From an uncultured Actinomycetes bacterium (GTDB lineage: Bacteria; Actinomycetota; Thermoleophilia; UBA2241), in NCBI GenBank assembly GCA_963767005.1, contig CAVYCN010000012.1, forward strand, positions 32,001 to 96,000: a stretch of 64,000 bases of DNA. The letters are read 5' to 3'. Position numbers and translations under genes: made by a program. Below the pieces are notes generated by a model that saw only the letters and a program-made list of their open reading frames with translations, did no database searches and was not told where the DNA came from. Positions 29,138 to 38,681 of the stretch are shown here, in pieces (the stretch's first letter is position 1; each line of letters begins with the position of its first letter).

Positions 29138-29203
29138 CTTTCGGCACTCTTTATGACGCCGCCGAGGTGCTTCACGCGTCCTTAAGCACGTCCGGGGGAT
29201 GGT
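29138..29203 (+). promoter_or_regulatory. Four-box promoter D
   Basis: Boxes at 29138/29149/29170/29181; weak -10 GATGGT at 29198-29203. Confidence 0.65.
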
Positions 29204-29239
29204 GGTCGCAGGCAAGTCGGTCCTTCAAAGGAGCAAACG

Positions 29240-29662
29240 ATGAAGCACATCGTGGACACCTCGAGAGCCGCCCGCGCGGGCCTGCTCGCGCTCGGCGCCT
29301 TCGCCGTGGTGTCCGTGGTCGGAGCCGCGCCGCCGCTGGCCATGGGCTTCTCGGCGCTGCGCACGCCCGGGCGAGGGCTGTCTCTGCCCGTCCAGGGCTC
29401 GAGCGGAGGCGTGTCGTGGCTCGGCATCGTCGTGCTGGTCGCGATCGTCGCCGGCGCGACGGCCTTCGGCGTCAGCGGCTGGCGCCACAGCCGGCGGACC
29501 GCGCAGTCCGTCGCATGGGACGTTTCGACGGACGGGTCATCCGACAGGACCGCGCCGCCCGAGCCGACCGTGCGCCCCTCGGCGTCGAGGCCGCTGCCGA
29601 GCCGCGCCCCGGCCGGCGTACACGCGCGTCGCGTCGGTGGCCGGCGCGACCAGAGACTGTAG
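29240..29662 (+). CDS. Small protein with signal-peptide-like and TM segments
   Basis: AAAGGAG RBS; two hydrophobic segments. Confidence 0.65.
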   Translation: MKHIVDTSRAARAGLLALGAFAVVSVVGAAPPLAMGFSALRTPGRGLSLPVQGSSGGVSWLGIVVLVAIVAGATAFGVSGWRHSRRTAQSVAWDVSTDGSSDRTAPPEPTVRPSASRPLPSRAPAGVHARRVGGRRDQRL

Positions 29663-29769
29663 AGGCGAAGGCCCAAGAGGCGGTACCCGCGAGCGGCGTG
29701 CAAGGATCCAAAGCACGGAGGCGCTGCAGGACAGCCTGTGAGAGCGCCACGCCGTGGGCGGGACCTGGC

Positions 29770-29805
29770 TCGAGGCCGCCGGACCGCGAGGTCCGGCGGC
29801 CTCGA
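29770..29805. terminator. Hairpin between convergent genes
   Basis: 16-bp perfect stem, GCGA loop. Confidence 0.65.
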
Positions 29806-29811
29806 CCCGTG

Positions 29812-30555
29812 TCAGACGAGCTCGCCGCCGGCGTCGCCCTGAGCGTTCGGCGCGGGCTCGGGGACCGAGAGCCGAAAGCCGACCCCCGGTTCGGTGATGA
29901 TGTAGCGCGGACCCGCCGGCGAGGGCTCGATCTTCTTGCGCAGATGGCTCACGTGCACGCGCAGCGTCTGCGCGTCTTCGACCCACTCCGGACCCCAGAC
30001 GTGCTCGAGGATCATCTTCTGCGTGACCACGAGGTCGGCGTTGCGGGCCAGGAACGCGAGGATGTCGAACTCGGTGGGGGTGAGGGCGACCTCGGCGCCG
30101 GCCAGCGTGACGCGGCGGCGCGCGATGTCGATCGACAGGTCGCCGGCCACGACGACCGGCGGCGGCGAGGTGAGCGCCGCCGCGCGCCGCAGCAGCGCGC
30201 GGATGCGGGCCAGCAGCTCGCCGGCCGAGAACGGCTTGGTCAGGTAGTCGTCGGCGCCCTCGTCGAGCGCCTTGATCTTGTCGGCCTCGGCGGAGCGCAC
30301 CGACAGGATGAGGATCGGGGCCGTCATCCAGGTGCGCAGCTCGCGACAGACCTCGATGCCGGTGCGGTCGGGCAGCATGAGGTCGAGCACGACGAGATCG
30401 GGGGGGTCGTCGATCGCCTTGATCAGCGCCTCTTCGGCGGTGGAGGCCAGTGAGAGCTGATAGCCGCGAGAGCCGAGGATCGACTGCAGAGCGCGACGGA
30501 TCTGCTCTTCGTCGTCGACGGCGAGAATGCGTGTCGGCCGCTCGGGAATGCTCAT
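29812..30555 (-). CDS. kdpE: OmpR-family response regulator KdpE
   Basis: VDDEEQIRR, LDLMLPD, GADDYLTKPF, LRVHVSHLRKKIE, YIITEPGVGFR; kdp context. Confidence 0.9.
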   Translation of the reverse strand: MSIPERPTRILAVDDEEQIRRALQSILGSRGYQLSLASTAEEALIKAIDDPPDLVVLDLMLPDRTGIEVCRELRTWMTAPILILSVRSAEADKIKALDEGADDYLTKPFSAGELLARIRALLRRAAALTSPPPVVVAGDLSIDIARRRVTLAGAEVALTPTEFDILAFLARNADLVVTQKMILEHVWGPEWVEDAQTLRVHVSHLRKKIEPSPAGPRYIITEPGVGFRLSVPEPAPNAQGDAGGELV

Positions 30556-30681
30556 CGCCCTCCTCCTCGTCCTCGTGTGCCGTGCCGGGCGCTCCGTGAC
30601 CCGGGGCCTCCGCCGGCGGGCTGCGCCGCTAAGCATGACACTCGCAGACGTTTCCCGGAATGTCGGGCTTCGTGTCCGCCC

Positions 30682-30747
30682 CTTTAGTCACCTTTAACGA
30701 CGCGACCGGGCCCCTTTAGCCGTTCGCAACGAGGCCCCGGGTAGCCT
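30682..30747 (+). promoter_or_regulatory. Four-box promoter E
   Basis: Boxes at 30682/30693/30714/30725; -10 TAGCCT at 30742-30747. Confidence 0.7.
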
Positions 30748-30793
30748 GAGTTCGATGCCGGCGTCACCGGTGTCCAGGACTGGGAGGACCACC

Positions 30794-31069
30794 ATGATGA
30801 GTGTCATCGAGATCGCCGCCGTCTTCGCGGTCGCCATCGTCGCGGTGGTCGCCGTCTATTCCCTCCACACCAGGTCGCTCGCCCGCGAGGTGGACCGCGC
30901 CCGACGCGATCGCCTGGTCGCTCTCGCACGCTCGTGCCCGACCGGCGAGCAGGCCGCTCCGCTCGAGCAGCACCTGGCGCCCGTGCTGCAGTTCTCGATC
31001 GCGCAGCTCCACTGGGCGGAGCGCTCGAAGACCGAGCGCCCCGCCGAGCTCATCAAGGCCGCGCACTAG
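30794..31069 (+). CDS. Small single-TM protein
   Basis: GGGAGG RBS; N-terminal TM segment. Confidence 0.65.
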   Translation: MMSVIEIAAVFAVAIVAVVAVYSLHTRSLAREVDRARRDRLVALARSCPTGEQAAPLEQHLAPVLQFSIAQLHWAERSKTERPAELIKAAH

Positions 31070-31790
31070 CGCCCACCGCGGCCGTCGTGCGCCGGGTGTC
31101 GTAACCGACACCGAGCGTCGCCGATGGGCCGGGACAGTACACGAGCGGATACGCGGCGGCCAGAAGATCGTCCCAACTCTTCGTCGCGCGGCGCGCGATC
31201 GCGGCCGACGGCACGCCCGGACGACCGGCGCGCCAGGCTTCGTAGCGCACCACGCTCGGGTACCTGCCAAGCTCCCGCCAGGCGGCGGCGATCGCCTCGA
31301 CTACGTCCGTAGGGCCGTAGGTCGCGCGAGGACCGCTGCGTACGTTGGTCGGGAGACCGGCTTGCGCCAGCGCCCGACGCCAGCCGCCAAACCTCAGCCT
31401 GATCACTTCGGGTCCCGGGTGCCGACGGCCGTCGCTGTCCCGCAGCGCCCACGCGCGATACGGCTCGATGGCCACCGGAGTGACCAGCTCGAGGGCCGCC
31501 GCACGCAGTGCATCCAGCAAGTCCTCGTCAGAGTAGATCGAGCTTGTGGTGCGCCGCGCGCGTCGCAGCACGCGGGCCTCGGGCACGCGCAGGTCGACGA
31601 GCCGACGCACGTGGGCCGTCCGCAGCCCGAGGGCGCTGGCCGTCGCGACGTCGCTGCGCAGTTCGAGGAAGGTCGCGACGATCTCGTCCTCGCGGCCCTC
31701 GACCGCTTGCCGGTGGCGCTGTTCCCGGAGGGGCACCGCTTGCACATCGTGGCGCGCGGTAGGCGTGAGGGGCATTGCCGCGAGGGTCAC
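31053..31790 (-). CDS. Protein with two homing-endonuclease-associated (HNH_repeat-like) repeats, no nuclease domain seen
   Basis: YSDEDLLDALRAAA..P...Y......P....RFGGWRRALAQAGL and a second copy YGPTDVVEAIAAA..PS...Y......PS......SWDDLL. Confidence 0.65.
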   Translation of the reverse strand: MTLAAMPLTPTARHDVQAVPLREQRHRQAVEGREDEIVATFLELRSDVATASALGLRTAHVRRLVDLRVPEARVLRRARRTTSSIYSDEDLLDALRAAALELVTPVAIEPYRAWALRDSDGRRHPGPEVIRLRFGGWRRALAQAGLPTNVRSGPRATYGPTDVVEAIAAAWRELGRYPSVVRYEAWRAGRPGVPSAAIARRATKSWDDLLAAAYPLVYCPGPSATLGVGYDTRRTTAAVGASARP

Positions 31791-31849
31791 GCTCCGGTCT
31801 CTCCGATCCGCGTCCGGGCAACGCTACGCGCGGTGCCTCGTGGGAGCGA

Positions 31850-31915
31850 AAGATACTCCCGCCCACATTGCAGCGGTCTAAAGGTCGGCGCGCGCCGCGT
31901 TAAGGCCGCATAAAG
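31850..31915 (-). promoter_or_regulatory. Four-box promoter F
   Basis: Boxes at 31866 (degenerate)/31877/31898/31909; -10 TATCTT at 31850-31855. Confidence 0.65.
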
Positions 31916-31976
31916 CCCGCGGGGGGGTGGGCCGCAGCCTACCGCCCCCGCGGGCCGGAGTGCGGGAGAACCGCCC

Positions 31977-34034
31977 TCAGGCGCCGAGCACGTTGTGCAC
32001 GACGAGATCGATCAGCTTGATGCCGATGAATGGCAGCACCATGCCGCCAAGACCGTAGATCAGGAGGTTGCGCCGCAGCAGGGCGGTGGCTCCGATCGCC
32101 CGGTAGCGCACACCCTTGAGGGCGAGCGGCACGAGCGCCGGGATGATCAGGGCATTGAAGATCACGGCCGAGATGATCGCGCTGCGCGGGTCGCCCAGAT
32201 GCATGACGTTGAGGGCGCTGAGGGGGCCGTGCTGGCCGGGGTGCTTCGCGTAGGTGAAGGCGAACATCGCCGGCAGGATGGCGAAGTACTTGGCCACGTC
32301 GTTGGCGATCGAGAAGGTGGTGAGCGCGCCTCGCGTGATGAGCAACTGCTTGCCCACCTCCACGATCTCGATGAGTTTCGTGGGGTCGTTGTCGAGGTCG
32401 ACCATGTTGCCGGCCTCCTTGGCGGCGCTCGTGCCGGCGTTCATGGCCACGCCCACATCGGCTTGTGCGAGCGCCGGAGCGTCGTTCGTGCCGTCGCCGG
32501 TCATCGCCACCATGCGACCCTCGTCCTGCTCCGACCGGATCAGGGCGAGCTTGGTCTCGGGCGTGGCCTCGGCCAGATAGTCGTCGACGCCGGCCTCGTG
32601 GGCGATCACCGCGGCGGTCAGATGATGGTCGCCGGTGACCATGACGGTGCGGATGCCCATCTTGCGCAAGTCGTCGAAGCGCTCGCGCATGCCGGTCTTG
32701 ACGACGTCCTTCAGATGCACGACCCCCAGTGCCGTCCTGTTTCTGGCGACCACGAGCGGTGTGCCGCCCCGCTCGGCGACACGCTGTACGGCCTCATCGA
32801 TCGCGCTGCCTGGGGCCTCGCCGCCGTTCTCGGCGATGAACGCCTTGACGGCATCGGCGGCGCCCTTGCGGATCTTCGTGCCGTTGAAATCGACGCCGCT
32901 CATGCGAGTCACGGCGGTGAAGGGCACGAAGCGGGCATCGGTAGCCACCTCGCGTTGCACCTCGTACTGATCGAGTGCGAGGGCGACGATCGAGCGCCCC
33001 TCGGGCGTCTCGTCGGCCAGCGAGGCGAGCTCGGCCGCCTCTGCCAGCTCGCGCGCGTCGACCCCGGGCGCCGGGATGAACTCGGTCGCCTGGCGGTTGC
33101 CCAGGGTGATCGTGCCGGTCTTGTCGAGGAGCAGCACGTCGACGTCGCCCGAGGCCTCGACCGCGCGGCCCGACATGGCGAGCACGTTGCGCTGCACGAG
33201 GCGGTCCATGCCGGCGATGCCGATCGCCGAGAGCAGCGCCCCGATCGTGGTGGGGATGAGCGCAACGAGCAGGGCGATCAGCACGGTCTGCGACACGTTG
33301 GTGTGGGCGTAGAGCGCGTAGGGACGCAGCGTGGCGACCGCCACGAGGAAGGTGATCGTGAGGCCGGCGAGCAGGATGTTCAGGGCGATCTCGTTGGGCG
33401 TCTTGCGCCGCTCGGCACCCTCGACGAGGACGATCATGCGGTCGAGGAACGACTTGCCGGGCTCCTGGGTGACCTCGACCACGAGGCGGTCGGAGAGCAG
33501 CCGCGTGCCGCCGGTGACCGCCGAGCGGTCGCTCCCTGCCTCGCGGATCACGGGCGCGGACTCGCCGGTGATCGCCGACTCGTCTATCGAGCCGACGCCA
33601 TCGACGATCTCGCCGTCGGCCGGCACGAGCTCGCCGGCCACGAGCTCGACCACGTCGCCCTTGGCGAGCTGCGGTGCGGGCACGTCTTCGAGCGCCCCTG
33701 TCGCGGTCCGTCGGTGGGCGACGGTGGTCGTCCGGGTGGCGCGCAGCGCGCTCGCCTGCGCCTTGCCGCGACCCTCGGCGATCGCCTCTGCGAAGTTCGC
33801 GAAGAGCACGGTGAGCCACAACCATACCGAGATGGTGGCGACGAACCAGAGCTGCCCGGTGCGGCCCTGCGCCAGGTCGATGAAGAAGATCCCGCTCGTG
33901 ATCAGGCTGCCGACCTCGACCACGAACATCACCGGGTTGCGCACCTGGTGGCGCGGGTCGAGCTTGGGAAACGAGTCGCGCACGGCCGCCAGGACGAGCT
34001 GTCGCGAGAAGATGCTGGAACGGCGCGCTGCCAT
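31977..34034 (-). CDS. kdpB: K+-transporting ATPase subunit B (copy 2)
   Basis: [29 protein letters not shown]. Confidence 0.97.
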   Translation of the reverse strand: MAARRSSIFSRQLVLAAVRDSFPKLDPRHQVRNPVMFVVEVGSLITSGIFFIDLAQGRTGQLWFVATISVWLWLTVLFANFAEAIAEGRGKAQASALRATRTTTVAHRRTATGALEDVPAPQLAKGDVVELVAGELVPADGEIVDGVGSIDESAITGESAPVIREAGSDRSAVTGGTRLLSDRLVVEVTQEPGKSFLDRMIVLVEGAERRKTPNEIALNILLAGLTITFLVAVATLRPYALYAHTNVSQTVLIALLVALIPTTIGALLSAIGIAGMDRLVQRNVLAMSGRAVEASGDVDVLLLDKTGTITLGNRQATEFIPAPGVDARELAEAAELASLADETPEGRSIVALALDQYEVQREVATDARFVPFTAVTRMSGVDFNGTKIRKGAADAVKAFIAENGGEAPGSAIDEAVQRVAERGGTPLVVARNRTALGVVHLKDVVKTGMRERFDDLRKMGIRTVMVTGDHHLTAAVIAHEAGVDDYLAEATPETKLALIRSEQDEGRMVAMTGDGTNDAPALAQADVGVAMNAGTSAAKEAGNMVDLDNDPTKLIEIVEVGKQLLITRGALTTFSIANDVAKYFAILPAMFAFTYAKHPGQHGPLSALNVMHLGDPRSAIISAVIFNALIIPALVPLALKGVRYRAIGATALLRRNLLIYGLGGMVLPFIGIKLIDLVVHNVLGA

Positions 34035-34621
34035 CAGTTGCCTCCGATCCGGTCGAGCGCGAGGTTGAGCGTCAGGACGTTGACGCCCGGCTCGCCGAAC
34101 AGGCCGAGACTGCGCCCGGTCGTGTTCTGCTTGATGAGCCGCTCGACTGTGGCGAGCGGCAGGTGACGCACCGCGGCGACGCGGTGCGCCTGGAGTCGCG
34201 CGTAGGCCGGCGAGATGTCGGGGTCGATGCCGGAGCCGGACGTGGTCACGGCGTCGACCGGGATGTCGCCGATGGTGAGGCCGGGGTCGTAGGGCCGCTC
34301 GAGCACGAGCACGGCCTGCGCCTGCTTGCGAACCGCCTGCGCCAGCGCCGGATTGGTCGGCCCGAGATTGGCGAACGTCGTGCCAGCAGCATCGTAGGCG
34401 GGCGTCGTGCCCGAGGGCCGCTCGTGGAAGTAGCGCGGTGCGGTGAAGCTCTGCGCGGCGAGCGCCGAGCCGACGACCACGCCATTGCGGTAGAGCAGGC
34501 TGCCCGCAGCCTTGGCCGGGAAAGCCAGCGAGGCGAAGCCGGTCATGAGCGCGGGGTAGGCGAGGCCGAAGACCGCGGTGATCACGACGATGCCGATGAG
34601 TGAACGAATGAGCGTACGCAT
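34034..34621 (-). CDS. kdpC: K+-transporting ATPase subunit C (copy 2)
   Basis: [26 protein letters not shown]. Confidence 0.95.
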   Translation of the reverse strand: MRTLIRSLIGIVVITAVFGLAYPALMTGFASLAFPAKAAGSLLYRNGVVVGSALAAQSFTAPRYFHERPSGTTPAYDAAGTTFANLGPTNPALAQAVRKQAQAVLVLERPYDPGLTIGDIPVDAVTTSGSGIDPDISPAYARLQAHRVAAVRHLPLATVERLIKQNTTGRSLGLFGEPGVNVLTLNLALDRIGGN

Positions 34622-34622
34622 G

Positions 34623-36311
34623 TCAGTGAACCAGGGATTCGACGATGGGCCCGAGGCTGAGCGCGGGCAGGATCATGAGGCCGGCGGTGAGCGCGACCAC
34701 GCCGACGAGCAGCACGGCGAAGGTCGGCCCGTCGGTGCGGAAGGTGCCGGCGGACACAGGCGCGACCTTCTTACGCGCGAGCGAGCCCGCGAGCGCGAGG
34801 CCGGCCAGCATCGGCACGAAACGACCAAGGTACATGGCCACCGTGCCGAACGATTCCGAGAACGTGGTGGCACCATAGCCGGCGAAGGCGCTGCCGTTGT
34901 TGTTGGCCTGCGACGTGTAGGCGTAGAGCGTCTCGGTGAAGCCGTGCGCTCCAAGGTTGAAGACCGAGGCGAGGCCGGCCGGCGCGGCGATCGCGACGGC
35001 GGTCATGACGAGCACCATGGTGGGCACGAAGAGCGCGCCGAGCGCGGCGAACTTGACCTCGCGGGCCTCGATCTTCTTGCCGAGCCACTCCGGCGTACGA
35101 CCCACCATGAGCCCGGCGACGAAGACGGCGATCAGGATGTAGAAGAACATACCGATCAGGCCGGTGCCGACGCCGCCAAAGATCACCTCGCCGACGAACA
35201 GATTGACGAGGGGCACGGCCCCGCCGGCCGCCGTCTGGGCGTCGAAGCCGCCGTTGACCGAGCCGTTCGAGGCGTCGCTCGTGGCGACCGTCCAGGTGGT
35301 GGTGCCCGCGATGCCGAAGCGGACCTCCTTGTCGGCCATGTTGCCGCCGCTCTGGCCACCGGACGCCACGAGATTCACGCCGGAGTCGCGCAGCACCGGC
35401 GAGGCGTGCTGCTCGGCGGCGAGGTTCACGCCGATGCCTATCACGAACATGGCACTCATCGCCGCGAACACCATCCAGGCGTGGCGGCGCGCCTTGACCA
35501 TGCGGCCGAACATGAAGACCTGGGCGACCGGGATCAACAGGATGGCGATCATCTCGACGAAGTTCGAGAGGCCGGTCGGGTTCTCGAACGGCACCGCCGA
35601 GTTCGAGTTGTAGAAGCCGCCGCCGTTGGTGCCGAGCTGTTTGATTGCGATCTGCGAGGCGACGGGGCCGCGGGCGATCGCCTGATGGGCCCCTTGCAGA
35701 GTGGTCGCCGTGGCGTGGCCGGCGAGCGTCTGCGGCACGCCTTGCGACACGAGAACGACCGCGACGACGACCGACAGCGGCAGGAGGACATAGACGAGCG
35801 ACCGGTAGAGGTCGCGCCAGAAGTTGCCGAGCCTGCTGCCCGAGCGCAGCGCGAGGCCGCGCACGACGGCGGCCAGGACGGCCATGCCGACCGCCGCCGA
35901 GACGAAGTTCTGTACGGCGAGGCCGGCCATCTGGCTCAGGTACGACATCGTCGCCTCGCCGGCGTAGAACTGCCAGTTCGTGTTGGTAATGAAGCTGGCG
36001 GCGGTGTTGAGGGAGAGCGGCGACGGGACGGCCTTCATGTGGTCGGGGTTGACCGGCAGGTGACCCTGCAGCCGCAGGATCGCGTAGAGCACGGCCGAGA
36101 AGGCGACGCTGAACACCAGGACGGTCACGGCATAGCGCTTCCAGCTCTGGTCGTCGCCGCTGCCCCGGCCGAGCAGCCGGAAGAAGCCGCGCTCGACGAC
36201 GTCGTCGCGCCTGCGCGAGTAGACCCAGGCCATGTATCGCCCCAGCGGGTAGGCGAGAGCGATCAGCACCGCCGCGTAGAGCACGATCTGGCCGATGCCT
36301 TCGGCGGTCAT
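34623..36311 (-). CDS. kdpA: K+-transporting ATPase subunit A (copy 2)
   Basis: NTNWQ, GTNGGG, SNGSVN, NNGSAF; ATG overlaps the kdpF stop. Confidence 0.95.
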   Translation of the reverse strand: MTAEGIGQIVLYAAVLIALAYPLGRYMAWVYSRRRDDVVERGFFRLLGRGSGDDQSWKRYAVTVLVFSVAFSAVLYAILRLQGHLPVNPDHMKAVPSPLSLNTAASFITNTNWQFYAGEATMSYLSQMAGLAVQNFVSAAVGMAVLAAVVRGLALRSGSRLGNFWRDLYRSLVYVLLPLSVVVAVVLVSQGVPQTLAGHATATTLQGAHQAIARGPVASQIAIKQLGTNGGGFYNSNSAVPFENPTGLSNFVEMIAILLIPVAQVFMFGRMVKARRHAWMVFAAMSAMFVIGIGVNLAAEQHASPVLRDSGVNLVASGGQSGGNMADKEVRFGIAGTTTWTVATSDASNGSVNGGFDAQTAAGGAVPLVNLFVGEVIFGGVGTGLIGMFFYILIAVFVAGLMVGRTPEWLGKKIEAREVKFAALGALFVPTMVLVMTAVAIAAPAGLASVFNLGAHGFTETLYAYTSQANNNGSAFAGYGATTFSESFGTVAMYLGRFVPMLAGLALAGSLARKKVAPVSAGTFRTDGPTFAVLLVGVVALTAGLMILPALSLGPIVESLVH

Positions 36312-36400
36312 CAGAGCCGCTCCCCACGAAAGAGGGCGAAGACGAGGTAGGCGGCCAGCGCGGCCGAAACCGCGAGGCCGAAGATATCTGCGGGCGCCAT
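36311..36400 (-). CDS. kdpF: KdpF peptide (copy 2), 29 aa
   Basis: MAPADIFGLAVSAALAAYLVFALFRGERL; TGATG overlaps at both ends. Confidence 0.85.
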   Translation of the reverse strand: MAPADIFGLAVSAALAAYLVFALFRGERL

Positions 36401-36483
36401 CACACACGCTCCAGGACGTAGAGGATCAGGGCGAGAAACGCAAAGCAGGCGAGCACGATGGCGATCGCCGCGATGTCGAACAT
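36400..36483 (-). CDS. 27-aa hydrophobic peptide upstream of kdpF (copy 2)
   Basis: MFDIAAIAIVLACFAFLALILYVLERV; GGAGGG RBS; TGATG overlap with kdpF. Confidence 0.8.
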   Translation of the reverse strand: MFDIAAIAIVLACFAFLALILYVLERV

Positions 36484-36818
36484 GGTCGTCCCTCCGGTCT
36501 CACCAAGCAGGTGGCGTCGGGAGCGCGGCGGAGCAGCCGCGCTCCCGGCCTGTCGGCCGCCGGACGCGACGAGTGGCTCCGGGAAGGCTCACCGCGCGCG
36601 ACGGGTACGATCGCGGGAGGCCGCGCTCACCGATGAGGAGCGCCGGCACCGCGGCGAGGAAGCGGGCTGCGGGCCGGATGCGACATCTGCCGACCGGCCT
36701 CGCACGAGACCTCTCATGCTGGCACCTCCACCGCCGAGGAGCCGCAGCGCCCCTGTCGGGGCGACCGGCGAGCGTCCGTCCGGCGACGAAGACTTCTGGA
36801 TTCGTGTTCCCCGGCACT

Positions 36819-36868
36819 CGTAACGAGTTCGTGAAGGAGGGCCGCCGTGCCGTAAAAGTGTCGTGAAC
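36819..36868 (-). promoter_or_regulatory. Four-box site G (kdp operon 2)
   Basis: Boxes at 36819/36830/36851/36862; no clear -10 at the usual distance. Confidence 0.65.
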
Positions 36869-36958
36869 GGCGGGCGGGCCGCGATGGGAGGGCGCCGGCT
36901 GCGGCGAGAGGCGGGGCGGCGGACGGCGCGGCGAAGCGGAGCCGGCCGGATGGGGCTC

Positions 36959-38536
36959 CTAGGACTCGCTGCGCGGAGCGGTCTCGGCGGCCTCGTCGGG
37001 CAGGCCGATCACGAAGCGGGCGCCATGCGGCACGACGTCCTCGACGTGGATGCCGCCGCCGTGGGCGCGCACGATCTCGCGGGTGATCGCCAGGCCGAGA
37101 CCCGTGCCAGAGCGCACCTTCATGCCGGTCCTGCCGCCGCGGTAGAACTTCTCGAACACGGCCTCGTGCTCGTCGGCGGCTATGCCGGGGCCCTCGTCTT
37201 CGACCCAGAGCCGCACGCCGCGGCCGGCGGCCTCGGCGCCGACGCGCAGGAGGCCGTTGCCGGCGTACAGCATGGCGTTCTCGAGCAGGTTCTGAAACAC
37301 CCGCACGAACTGTTCAAAGTCGACGCGCAGCGGTGGGAAGTCGTCGGGCACGGCGACGATCACCCGGTCCCGCTCATGGACCGGCAGGGCGGCGAGGCCG
37401 GCGGCGAGGATATCGGAGATTTCGTAGAGCTCGAGGTGCGGCTCCCAGGCGCGCGCCTCGAGACGCGAGAGATCGAGCAGCGCCGTGATGCTGTTGTTGA
37501 GACGGGCCACGTCGGAGACGATGGCGCGCAGCTCGTCGCGCACGCTCCGCTCGTTCCAGGGCACGTCGCCTTCGAGCAGGTTGCTGACCGTCGCCGTGAG
37601 GGCGGCGAGCGGCGTCTTCAGCTCGTGTGACACCGATGAGAGCAGGCTCGACTTGAGGCGATCGGCCTCGCGCAGCGCCTCGGCCGCCGTCGCCACCGTC
37701 TGCAGGCGCTGGCGCTCGAGGAAGGTCGCGATCAGGTTGGCGAGCGCGGCGAGCAGGCGGCCGTCGGCGTCATCGTAGGGTCGGCCGTTCCGCCGGCCGG
37801 CGACGCTCAGGACCCCGACGACTCCGAGCGCGCCGCGCAGGGGAAGAAAGATCCCGCCGCTGCCCTCGGGCACCTTGAAGCCCTCGACCGGCGGCCCGGC
37901 GCCGGCGGTCTCGGCGAGCGTCTGTCGCGGCAGGCCGACCGGCTCGCCGTGCATGTACACCCAGTGCGCCACCCTCGTCGCTCCGCTGTCGGGCTCGTCC
38001 GACGCCGGCGTCACGCAGAACCTGGTGAGCTCGTCGTCGCTGCCGACGAAGAGCGTCGCCGACGCGGCGCCGAGCAGCGTCACTATCTCGCCGAGGATCG
38101 TCTCGGCCATCTCGCCCGTCGAAGCCTGTGAGACAAGACCCGCGGAGAGCCGGTTGAGCGCGGCCGTCTCGTGCTCGCGAGCCAGGGCGCGCGCCTCGCG
38201 GTCTCTCATGCGTCCGGTCTGCACGCCCATGACGACGCCCACCGCCAGGAAGGCAACGAGGGACAGCCAGTCCTTGGGGTCCTGGACCGTGAGCGTGTGG
38301 TACGGCGGCAGGAAGAAGAAGTCCCAGGCGAAGAAGCCCAGCACGGCGGCCAGCACGGCGGGTCCGGCGCCGCTCGCCCCCGCGACGAGCACGACGATGA
38401 GCAGGTAGAGCAGCGCCCACTGCCCCTTGGCGAAGGTGTCGCGGCCCGGCAGGAACAGGGCAGTCGACAGCCCGATCGCCAGGAGGGCGAGCCAGTAGCC
38501 GTGGGCGGCGAGTGTCGTGAGCGTGCGTCGCAGCAT
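36959..38536 (-). CDS. kdpD: C-terminal half of KdpD: four-TM (DUF4118-like), GAF and histidine kinase domains
   Basis: DFFFLPPYHTL, SSVSHELKTPL, NLLENA, DEGPGI, GTGLGLAI; lacks the KdpD and USP domains. Confidence 0.88.
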   Translation of the reverse strand: MLRRTLTTLAAHGYWLALLAIGLSTALFLPGRDTFAKGQWALLYLLIVVLVAGASGAGPAVLAAVLGFFAWDFFFLPPYHTLTVQDPKDWLSLVAFLAVGVVMGVQTGRMRDREARALAREHETAALNRLSAGLVSQASTGEMAETILGEIVTLLGAASATLFVGSDDELTRFCVTPASDEPDSGATRVAHWVYMHGEPVGLPRQTLAETAGAGPPVEGFKVPEGSGGIFLPLRGALGVVGVLSVAGRRNGRPYDDADGRLLAALANLIATFLERQRLQTVATAAEALREADRLKSSLLSSVSHELKTPLAALTATVSNLLEGDVPWNERSVRDELRAIVSDVARLNNSITALLDLSRLEARAWEPHLELYEISDILAAGLAALPVHERDRVIVAVPDDFPPLRVDFEQFVRVFQNLLENAMLYAGNGLLRVGAEAAGRGVRLWVEDEGPGIAADEHEAVFEKFYRGGRTGMKVRSGTGLGLAITREIVRAHGGGIHVEDVVPHGARFVIGLPDEAAETAPRSES

Positions 38537-38681
38537 GTCGAGTCGCGGCCGGGCGGACGAGCCCGACGCGCCCCGATTCTACGCCCGCGCTGCCACGACG
38601 CGAGTCGTGACGGTAGACCGGCGCGACGGCCAGCGCCGCCGGACGCGGCGCACGGCCGCGCGCCGCGCCCGGCGACCGCCT

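Noticed and set aside
36589-36717. 42-codon Arg-rich ORF with a GGAGGT RBS in the kdp operon 2 leader
   Set aside because: No recognisable features and atypical codon use; cannot be supported without conservation or Ribo-seq.
18177-38536. Potassium island as a mobile element
   Set aside because: No integrase, transposase, tRNA target or flanking direct repeats seen, and no obvious compositional break by eye.
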